From NCBI GenBank assembly GCA_902627615.1, contig CACOJW010000001.1, forward strand, positions 4,907 through 68,906: 64,000 nt of DNA, given 5' to 3'. The stretch is from an uncultured marine group III euryarchaeote. Its GTDB lineage: Archaea > Thermoplasmatota > Poseidoniia > MGIII > CG-Epi1. Positions 38,028 through 45,031 of this stretch are shown here, one piece after another (the first letter of the stretch is position 1; every line of letters starts with the position of its first letter). The translations under genes and the position numbers were made by a program. The notes under the pieces are model-generated. The model had not been told where the DNA came from. It was given only the letters and a program-made list of their open reading frames with translations, and did not search any database.

Positions 38028-38047
38028 CCCCCTAGTCTGTTGTAAGT

Positions 38048-38455
38048 TCCCGATGTTTGGGAAACATGACCTTCGGGTTATGAAGCCAACAAACAAAGGG
38101 AAAGCATAGAAGGAAACAACTTAGGAAACTAAGGGGAAACGATCTTTGAATGCAAGAAGGAAACAACCAGGACACTGGGGGAAACAATCGAGCGGGATAA
38201 GAAGGAAACAACTTAGATCATAAGGGGAAACAATCTAAGCACGCAAGCCAGGAAACGAGTTGGATGCAACGGGAAACAAAACTTGTACGCCGGAAAAGGA
38301 ACATGACCTTCGGGTCATGAACCAATTCCACCCCCGGGCAGAGGGATGTCATCCAACGCAAGAAGGTCGACGGAACTCTGCCCACTTTATTTTGGGCGGA
38401 TGTTAGTCTGATACACTCTATTTATGTGGAACGGGTGTTTTGTTCCTATTTTTTG
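38048..38455 (+). ncRNA. Candidate novel structured ncRNA with a GGAAAC-motif array (ends approximate)
   Basis: No ORF >=60 aa occurs on either strand in 37942-38541. The locus is G- and purine-rich against AT-rich flanks. Twin hairpins with C(UUCG)G tetraloops lie at 38065-38082 and 38302-38319. Four modules of GGAAAC-RA-[4-5 bp hairpin]-GGGAAAC have covarying stems. An 8-bp stem pairs 38336-38343 with 38376-38383. A U-rich tract lies at 38386-38393, and a hairpin plus T6 at 38428-38454. Confidence 0.55.
38108..38292 (+). repeat. Four degenerate ~46-nt tandem units inside the ncRNA candidate
   Basis: Units start at 38108, 38155, 38200 and ~38246. Units 1-3 begin with AGAAGGAAACAAC. Each unit contains GGAAAC, a hairpin and GGGAAAC. 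Confidence 0.8.
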
Positions 38456-38541
38456 TCTTATTAAGAATAGAGCTCAGTCTTTCTGTTAGTTCACCTTTTA
38501 TGGCCTCAACCATGGGCGTTTTACGATTCATTTTACAGTAC

Positions 38542-38751
38542 CTATGTTCTAGCTGCGATCTTAATGGAAGGCTTGTGTTCTGAAGCTTCTAGCTCCTTAC
38601 TTTCCATACGTTCCTTTATACTCAAACATCGCTTGCAAGTAACATCGCTCATTTTGATAAATTTCATTCTTCGAAATTCTTGAACGGTGGCACTGTGCCC
38701 ACACATAGTCATCCCTTCTTCTGCCAATGAAGGCAGATGTCTTCTCCTCAT
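38542..38751 (-). CDS. Small hypothetical protein, possible Cys/His metal-binding (69 aa or shorter)
   Basis: It contains MCGH...CKRC. An AT box at plus coordinates 38771-38780 lies ~25 nt upstream, which would make the transcript leaderless. I recognise no homology, so it could be spurious. Confidence 0.3.
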   Translation of the reverse strand: MRRRHLPSLAEEGMTMCGHSATVQEFRRMKFIKMSDVTCKRCLSIKERMESKELEASEHKPSIKIAART

Positions 38752-38792
38752 AATGCTTTTTCATCTTTCTAATATAAAAGGAGTATGTTATG

Positions 38793-38810
38793 GTGCCTAA
38801 GCTTAGGCAC
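38793..38810 (+). promoter_or_regulatory. Perfect 18-nt palindrome just downstream of a (bidirectional) TATA box
   Basis: GTGCCTAAGCTTAGGCAC equals its own reverse complement. AATATAAAA lies at ~38770-38779, so the palindrome covers the expected start site of the flavodoxin gene transcript. Confidence 0.4.
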
Positions 38811-38868
38811 TATCTCAAACCCTTTAAATGCAATAAACCCCACTCTAATAGCACTTAGAGGTAGTAGC

Positions 38869-39663
38869 ATGGCGGACACAGATATTGCCACATTTGCATC
38901 AGAAGGAAATCGGGATTTACACATCCTATTCGGTTCTCAAAGTGGTAACTCAGAAGGGCTTGCAGAGAAATGGCAAAAGGAAGCTCCACGCTATGGTTTG
39001 AATCCAACTGTTCACGACATGGATGGTTTTGATATTAAATCTATGAGTGAAATGACCAGAGTCATGATTGTTTGCTCTACTTGGGGTGAAGGGGAAATGC
39101 CCGATAATGCTGAAGAACTATATCAGGAAGCATTAGATGCTGGCAGTATACTTTCAAAAACTAATTTCTCAATATGTGCACTTGGAGATACGGGATACGA
39201 TTTATTCTGTCAATCCGGAAAAGATTGGGATAAAACATTGCAAGACATGGGTGGTTCCAGAATTTACGATCGTGTAGACTGCGATGTAGATTATGAAATG
39301 CCTGCAGAAGAATGGATGAAAGGAGTAATGCCAAAGCTGGCTTGCGTCGGTGACGACGGTGTTTTCGTTTCGGATCTTGAAGAAAAGATGGTTGCTTATG
39401 CTTCTGGAGTGGAAATTGATGAACCTGAAGAAGAGGTAGTGAGTGGAGTACCGCAGGCTGGAGTGATGATGATGCCTCAAGCTATGACTCCTCTTGAAAA
39501 GCCACGTCCACACCATTATACTGGCTACAAACAGAACTCATATTGTGTTAAATGTGGAAAGTATTGCTTTCATTGGCACGGTTCTTCACCGAACAATCCA
39601 AATCTTTATCCTAACTATGAGTGTAAAGAATGTGGATACATAAGGAAAATTAAGATAGCTTGA
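38869..39663 (+). CDS. Flavodoxin (FMN) domain protein with C-terminal Cys4 zinc-ribbon
   Basis: The start is set at the ATG at 38869, which has GAGGT 6 nt upstream. The track extension to 38785 lacks support. HILFGSQSGNSEGLAE is the CysJ-type FMN-binding domain. The C-terminus is CVKCGKYC...CKECGY. The first 190 aa are near-identical to 58382..59368. Confidence 0.8.
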   Translation: MADTDIATFASEGNRDLHILFGSQSGNSEGLAEKWQKEAPRYGLNPTVHDMDGFDIKSMSEMTRVMIVCSTWGEGEMPDNAEELYQEALDAGSILSKTNFSICALGDTGYDLFCQSGKDWDKTLQDMGGSRIYDRVDCDVDYEMPAEEWMKGVMPKLACVGDDGVFVSDLEEKMVAYASGVEIDEPEEEVVSGVPQAGVMMMPQAMTPLEKPRPHHYTGYKQNSYCVKCGKYCFHWHGSSPNNPNLYPNYECKECGYIRKIKIA

Positions 39664-40610
39664 TTGATAAACAATACATACAAGAAAGAAAAGAATTCTT
39701 TTATGTGTTTTTTGCGATAAGTACCATATTTGTAATTTATGCATTATTGTATATTTTGAATGGCTGGGAATGGACTGGTACGAGTCCTAGTGGTTACTGT
39801 GAAAGAGTCAGAGAAACTTGGATTCGTGAACCTACGAATACGGTTTCAAATTTAGCATTTGTATTTGTTGGAATGTATATTCTTTGGCAAGCGCAATATG
39901 ATCCAGTTGAAGGTAAACCTTCACTTTCCACAAGAAGTTGGTTCCTCATCCTATACGGAATTTCATGTGTCGCCGTTGGTATGGGCAGTTTTGCTATGCA
40001 CGGTTTCAATACTGGATGGGGGGGTTGGCTAGATGTCACAGGAATGATGATGTACATTTCAATGCCCGTTTTCTATAATTTTTCAAGATTCCTTAGATGG
40101 TCCGAAGAAGAATTTGTTACTTATTACTTAGGAGCAAACTTCGTTTTTGCAATCCTATTATGGCAATACAGTCTTCTTACTTTCCTGTGGGGTGCACTAA
40201 TTGGTATTTGGTTATCTCAGGAGTTAGCACTGAAATACCAGAAGCAGCCTCATGTAATTTTTCTAGTTCCTACTTCGATAATTATGTTTTTGTATCTTTA
40301 CACTTCGCCAAACAAGACACCAATAGATTTTTTCATAGATGAGATTGAAGGAGTTTTAGTTTGGGCAGCTCTAGCTTATTTCTTGTATAGTATTGAAGAT
40401 ATTAAATTGGAAAGAACTCACACGCCTTATTTCTGGGCAGGCTTTGCAGCTTATGCTTTAGCTACTATAATTTGGCAGCCAAGTAAAACAGACGGCGTTC
40501 TATGTGACCCTGATTCAATTGCTCAAGGTCATGCATTATGGCACTTACTTGGGGCAGTTTCAATGTGGTGTTTTTACAAATATTTTAGAACAGAAATTGA
40601 TAGTTATTGA
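39660..40610 (+). CDS. Alkaline ceramidase/PAQR-like 7-TM putative hydrolase
   Basis: 316 aa with ~7 TMs. YCERVRETWIREPTNTVSNLAFV matches the YCE...EPxNTxSN signature. His motifs are present (FAMHGF, HALWHLLG). The TTG start overlaps the upstream stop (TTGA). Confidence 0.6.
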   Translation: MIDKQYIQERKEFFYVFFAISTIFVIYALLYILNGWEWTGTSPSGYCERVRETWIREPTNTVSNLAFVFVGMYILWQAQYDPVEGKPSLSTRSWFLILYGISCVAVGMGSFAMHGFNTGWGGWLDVTGMMMYISMPVFYNFSRFLRWSEEEFVTYYLGANFVFAILLWQYSLLTFLWGALIGIWLSQELALKYQKQPHVIFLVPTSIIMFLYLYTSPNKTPIDFFIDEIEGVLVWAALAYFLYSIEDIKLERTHTPYFWAGFAAYALATIIWQPSKTDGVLCDPDSIAQGHALWHLLGAVSMWCFYKYFRTEIDSY

Positions 40611-43282
40611 CTTTCGTAAGTGATAACCCACATACGTAACTTAATTTCAGGCAAGTAACCATCAGCATCAGTTACGCTTGGATCATATTCCTCGCCTTGG
40701 TATAATCCTCTGTAGCTTAGTCGGTTTTCTCCGATACTTGATTCATCAGTAATATCTATTCGGTTATATTCAACATCTTGCCCTGGGCACCATCCAGCCC
40801 TTCCATAGACCCAGGTTCCATATTGGTTGGCTGAAACACCCTCATGCACTCTGTTGTAGCAACCGTAAGGTGTTCCGCCATTAGGATGTTCTAGTAGATC
40901 TAAGGTGTTTCCATTAATTGTAAACTCGTGTTGATGGTTACAGAATTCGGCACAATTTTCATCAGTACTACTGTGCCCGTGTCCAGTAAAAAATGTAACA
41001 ATCTCAACTTTTTCAGTATTATCAGTGACATTGTAGCTAAATGGATTTTCACTTCCAAATATGTTGTTATAGTCTAAGTTAAATTTTCTTGTTGCGCCAT
41101 GAAGATATTCGGCACCTACTGGAGTATATTCTTTATTTTCATTCCAGAAAAATAATTTGATTGTTAATCCGTAAGCATTTGGTTGCCAATAATTAAATTC
41201 ATTAATATTTTCATTTTTTAGTACACCTAACATCGGCGTTACATCGGAAATATATCGTCCCTCACGATTGTATGCAGTGATATATCTTCCTACTTCTGCT
41301 TTCCATACTCTATTCCATTTACCTTTACAAGAAGGGGAACTGTCTTCTCCTCCGTCGTCCCATCTATGTCCAGCATTTTCACAAAGCTCTTGAGAGGTAA
41401 ATTCAGGAAGAATTTGATTTATGCAATCGTTGTAAAGGCTAAATTCTATCAATGAGCATTCAGATTCGTATGCATTTAGGTATCCAATAAAGTCCCATTC
41501 ATTACAACCTTTATGGTCTGCACACGCCTCATAAGTATAAATTGCAAATGAGTCGAAATCTTCCATATTTTCAGGTAATTCTACATTCCGAATATTTGTG
41601 CCGCCACCCCAGCCACCACCATGCGTGTAGCTATCTCCTGCATTCCATTCAAGTAATGTTACAGATTCTCCTTTTATACAATTTTTAGGCATATATTGTC
41701 GTTCATGGCACGGGATGCTGGAATGGTATTCCATAGCAGCTAGTTCTCTTTCAAGGCCGAATTCAAAATTAAGATAGGTTGGTTCATTTGCGATGAAGTG
41801 GAATCTGTACCAACTAAAATTTTGATTAAAATTTAAATCCCAAAAGCTTCCTACTTCTTGCCATCTTTGTAATTGGTCTATGCAAAACCAAGCAGGCGAT
41901 TCTTTTGCAATAATAAAGTCTGCAATACTTCCTTCTAAGAAGTTTGCATCCATTGCAATGTAATGGACTCTGTTAGACCAATGTTCTCGGTCTTCTTCAT
42001 TCATGGCAGTCAGTGCAGCATTTACTCGGCCGGACATGTAGGAAACGTCCCCCATCCAGCCCCCATCGCGATATGATCCAAAAAAGTAATGAACATTGTC
42101 TGGAGACTTTTCAAACATTAAGCTTAATTCAGTCGCTTGTCCAACTGGATTAGCAGAATTCCAAGTTATTACACTATCGGGATTGGTAGGATTGTATATG
42201 ACGAAAACATAAGTATCTTTCCCGCTCCATTCTTGTTTAAATTTCCAATCATTTGTGAAATTTAAATTTTCATCAATTGGCTCAGGTATTGTGAAGTCTC
42301 CCGAAGTACCCATGTAATTAGTTGCGTAAGGCCCTCCATTCCAAGGAATAGGTTTTTCAAAGTAAGAACAGCCTTGTTCATCTACTTCTTCTCCATAAAG
42401 GAAAGGCCCATCTGAGCACTCATCATTGTCACCACATAAACCATCTCCATCAGAATCGCCAGTACTATCATCTCCCCAGCACAGGTCCACGGAATCGGGA
42501 ATACCATCACCATCAGAGTCTCTTTGTGATGCTGAACAGCCTTCATCATTTGCAATTTCGTTTAGTGGAGTTTCTTCACACGAATCACTTCTGTCATTAA
42601 TTCCGTCGTTATCATCATCCTTGTCTTCACTGTCATCTTTGCAACCGTCCATGTCCCAATCATAATTTTGGTTTCCAGCTTCCCAATCTGCAGCACCTCT
42701 GGGGCATAAATCAACAGTATTATTCATCCCATCATTATCGATATCATCATCAACTCCGTCAGGAATTCCGTCGCGATCGTAGTCGAGAGGTCTTGATGAG
42801 GGGCTATTTGGATTAGTTCCAAGTAATAATTCAATGGTATTATTGTATCCGTCTCCATCAATGTCATCGTCTTCGATTAACGAAGTATTACAGTTTTCTT
42901 TGATTGAGTCAGGCTTTCCATCATCATCCATATCATTTGTTGCACATTCATCATTTGGGAAATCATCTGAATTATCTCCAGTTCCATCATCATCAGAATC
43001 TTTCCATTCGTTTGGATTGTTAGGAAACTTATCAATGTTATCATTGTAACCATCTCCATCCGAATCATCATTCTGATTCTGGCTTCCATCATTCACATTA
43101 TTGTTGTTTTCGCCATCATCTTGGTAGTAGTCATTATTGTAATCATCATTGTCATTATAGACGATTTCATCATTAGTTTCTTCTAAGCACCCGCTGCTAG
43201 CTAAAATAGAACTCAAAAATAGAAATGCCATGATTATTGGCGTGATTTTACTTGAGCTCATGTATTTTCTATAATATACCAA
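40604..43282 (-). CDS. Secreted thrombospondin-type-3-repeat protein with PNGase F-like (peptide-N-glycanase) domains
   Basis: 892 aa with a signal peptide ending ...LASSGC (lipobox-like); the likely start is the Met at 43261. The N-terminal region has DxDxDG repeats. The C-terminal part aligns by eye to Flavobacterium PNGase F: CNEWDF (vs CDEWDR), GHGHSSTDENCAEFCNHQHEFTINGN (vs GWGH...GCAEWCFRTHTIAINN) and GTWVYGRAGWCPGQDV...RIDI (vs GNWAPDRAGWCPGMAV...RIDV). Confidence 0.7.
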   Translation of the reverse strand: MVYYRKYMSSSKITPIIMAFLFLSSILASSGCLEETNDEIVYNDNDDYNNDYYQDDGENNNNVNDGSQNQNDDSDGDGYNDNIDKFPNNPNEWKDSDDDGTGDNSDDFPNDECATNDMDDDGKPDSIKENCNTSLIEDDDIDGDGYNNTIELLLGTNPNSPSSRPLDYDRDGIPDGVDDDIDNDGMNNTVDLCPRGAADWEAGNQNYDWDMDGCKDDSEDKDDDNDGINDRSDSCEETPLNEIANDEGCSASQRDSDGDGIPDSVDLCWGDDSTGDSDGDGLCGDNDECSDGPFLYGEEVDEQGCSYFEKPIPWNGGPYATNYMGTSGDFTIPEPIDENLNFTNDWKFKQEWSGKDTYVFVIYNPTNPDSVITWNSANPVGQATELSLMFEKSPDNVHYFFGSYRDGGWMGDVSYMSGRVNAALTAMNEEDREHWSNRVHYIAMDANFLEGSIADFIIAKESPAWFCIDQLQRWQEVGSFWDLNFNQNFSWYRFHFIANEPTYLNFEFGLERELAAMEYHSSIPCHERQYMPKNCIKGESVTLLEWNAGDSYTHGGGWGGGTNIRNVELPENMEDFDSFAIYTYEACADHKGCNEWDFIGYLNAYESECSLIEFSLYNDCINQILPEFTSQELCENAGHRWDDGGEDSSPSCKGKWNRVWKAEVGRYITAYNREGRYISDVTPMLGVLKNENINEFNYWQPNAYGLTIKLFFWNENKEYTPVGAEYLHGATRKFNLDYNNIFGSENPFSYNVTDNTEKVEIVTFFTGHGHSSTDENCAEFCNHQHEFTINGNTLDLLEHPNGGTPYGCYNRVHEGVSANQYGTWVYGRAGWCPGQDVEYNRIDITDESSIGENRLSYRGLYQGEEYDPSVTDADGYLPEIKLRMWVITYESQ

Positions 43283-43330
43283 GAAATAAACTTTCGTGTC
43301 ATCAAATCACATATTTAGTGGCTTTTACTT

Positions 43331-43741
43331 ATGCACTCGATGTCAGTTCAAACAGCAAGAAAAGTAGCACTTGCTTATTGGGGATTTTCTAGTAAAGCTA
43401 GTGCTAGAGCTAAATCAGGAATAGACATAGATATAATCAAAGGAAATGGAGAATCAGATATAGAATCCGCAACTGGGCCTGAACAGAGATTTGCAGCAAT
43501 AGTTGAAAAATCTTGGGAAGATTATACTGGGCAGATAGGTGGTTACGGTAGAATTCCTTTTGAGACGTTGGTAGATTTGGCTACGAAGGCAAAATCTAAC
43601 AATGATATTGTAAGTAAATCCAGTATGGATGAAGTTGAAAAATGGGTTAAGCCACTTATCAACAGTAATTCAAATTACTTTATAGCAAAAACAACATATA
43701 AAAATCATGACATGAAAATCTTGATTAATACAAAGCGTTGA
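43331..43741 (+). CDS. Hypothetical protein
   Basis: 136 aa with no recognisable motifs. Confidence 0.45.
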   Translation: MHSMSVQTARKVALAYWGFSSKASARAKSGIDIDIIKGNGESDIESATGPEQRFAAIVEKSWEDYTGQIGGYGRIPFETLVDLATKAKSNNDIVSKSSMDEVEKWVKPLINSNSNYFIAKTTYKNHDMKILINTKR

Positions 43742-43779
43742 TTACAAACTTTATTAATTGACAGGCTAATTCCTATTTA

Positions 43780-44319
43780 ATGAAAATATACACCCGTAAT
43801 GGAGATGAGGGAGAAACTGGTCTTCTCTATGGTGACAAAGTTTCCAAAGCCTCAACATTACCAGAAGCTTATGGTACGGTTGATGAAGCTCAGGCAATCC
43901 TTGGTTTAGTTAGAACAGAATGTGAAAAAGGCAGCGATTTAGAGGAGAAAATAATTCATATTGAAAGAGATTTGTATGTTTTAATGGCTGAATTAGCTAC
44001 AGATCCTTCTAAACATGATAAATTAGTGTCAGGCAAAACAAAGGTAAACAAAGAAATGATTGATTTTTTAGAGAAATTCATCGATGAAATTTCAGCTAAA
44101 TTTGAGCTTCCAAAAGAATTTGTCATTCCCGGACAAAATAGAATATCTGCATTAATTGATGTCGCAAGAACCGTTGTAAGGCGAGCAGAACGCCGTACAA
44201 TTTCTTGTAATGTTTCAGATACATTAACAGTTCCTTATCTGAATAGGCTTTCAGATCTTCTTTGGGCTATGGCAAGATGGCAGGAAGGAGAATCAATTAC
44301 TTCACGTTCAGTAAAATGA
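43780..44319 (+). CDS. ATP:cob(I)alamin adenosyltransferase, PduO/MMAB type
   Basis: 179 aa. MKIYTRNGDEGETGLLYGDKVSK...GTVDEAQAILG is the typical PduO-type N-terminus. Confidence 0.85.
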   Translation: MKIYTRNGDEGETGLLYGDKVSKASTLPEAYGTVDEAQAILGLVRTECEKGSDLEEKIIHIERDLYVLMAELATDPSKHDKLVSGKTKVNKEMIDFLEKFIDEISAKFELPKEFVIPGQNRISALIDVARTVVRRAERRTISCNVSDTLTVPYLNRLSDLLWAMARWQEGESITSRSVK

Positions 44320-44984
44320 AAATTCCAGACCATCTAAGCAAACCCCTTTTGGAGCAATTAGCAGACCAAGCAGATTCAGAGGATTTTCTTGTTATGCGAG
44401 GAACTGCCTTGGGTTATGGCTTATTGAATAATACAGAAAAACGTAATGAATTCATTCAGAAATTTATTGATACAGATATACCTGATTTATCAGGGAATGA
44501 AATGGCCCGTGAATTACAAGCACGTGCAGTGGGGATGTTAGTTTTAGATCAAAAAGCAGATGATTTATTAGACCAAGCAAAAGATTTATTCGAGACAGAA
44601 TTAGAGAAAGCGCTTCCAGATTTGCCAGAAGATATTGCAATAGATGTAGCTACTGAGCCTTTGAAGATAGCAAGACAATCACGTAGCGGTTTGATGGAAA
44701 ATGCTTTTTTGAGTGAGGAATGGAAAACATGTGTAAATGAAGCTGAGCATGGAAGATTAATAATTCCAGATTACTTATTGTATCAGCCTCATAGGGATGG
44801 TTATCCAATAGAATTTGTTGCTAAAGGAATGGATAATGGCAATATGGATTTGGTAACAAAAGGCGTAGAAATGCAGGAAGAATTTTTGCAATATGTTATA
44901 GAGGTTGGTTATCTCAAACCTTGGGAAGAAGCATACTTTGTTTCTTACGCAATATCTATAATTTCTAGAGACTTACTCAAATAA
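44316..44984 (+). CDS. Hypothetical protein, translationally coupled to the adenosyltransferase
   Basis: The start is set at the ATG in the ATGA overlap with the upstream stop (MKIPDHLSKPL...). The track start at 44262 would overlap the upstream gene by 58 nt. I recognise no family. Confidence 0.5.
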   Translation: MKIPDHLSKPLLEQLADQADSEDFLVMRGTALGYGLLNNTEKRNEFIQKFIDTDIPDLSGNEMARELQARAVGMLVLDQKADDLLDQAKDLFETELEKALPDLPEDIAIDVATEPLKIARQSRSGLMENAFLSEEWKTCVNEAEHGRLIIPDYLLYQPHRDGYPIEFVAKGMDNGNMDLVTKGVEMQEEFLQYVIEVGYLKPWEEAYFVSYAISIISRDLLK

Positions 44985-45031
44985 CGCAGTTATAAATAGC
45001 GTTCAGTTCATAAATAGTTGAGGACTAAATA

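Noticed and set aside
38108-38292. I considered whether the GGAAAC array is a CRISPR array. Many CRISPR repeats end in GAAAC.
   Set aside because: The units are only ~46 nt and have two short motifs. The intervening segments (12-16 nt) are far too short for spacers and include self-pairing hairpins. No cas genes or leader are nearby.
38033-38410. A 7-nt direct repeat TAGTCTG (38033-38039 and 38404-38410) flanks the locus and could be a target-site duplication of an inserted element.
   Set aside because: A 7-mer match between two short windows is plausibly chance. There are no terminal inverted repeats and no transposase.
38048-38455. I considered whether the locus is a known housekeeping RNA (SRP/7S RNA or RNase P RNA).
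   Set aside because: I could not find the helix-8 SRP signature (…GGUCCGGAAGGAAGCAGCC-like with a matching 3' strand). I also could not find the RNase P CR-I GAGGAAAGUCC motif. GCCGGAAAAGGAAC at 38289-38302 only superficially resembles SRP helix 8 and lacks the pairing partner. A covariance-model search is still needed.
37942-38541. I considered a replication origin. As I recall, archaeal ORB elements contain GGAAAC plus a G-string.
   Set aside because: All motifs are in one orientation and there are no TTCC...GGAA dyads. No AT-rich unwinding element lies between inverted copies. No orc1/cdc6 gene is adjacent. The RNA-specific tetraloops favour a transcript.
38785-38868. The track shows an N-terminal extension of the flavodoxin ORF (MLWCLSLGTISNPLNAINPTLIALRGSS).
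   Set aside because: The paralog at 59368 starts exactly at the equivalent of the ATG at 38869. GAGGT precedes that ATG. The extension would run through the promoter and palindrome.
44262-44315. The track shows an upstream start for the 240-aa ORF that overlaps the adenosyltransferase gene by 58 nt.
   Set aside because: An ATGA stop/start overlap at 44316 gives a cleaner coupled start.
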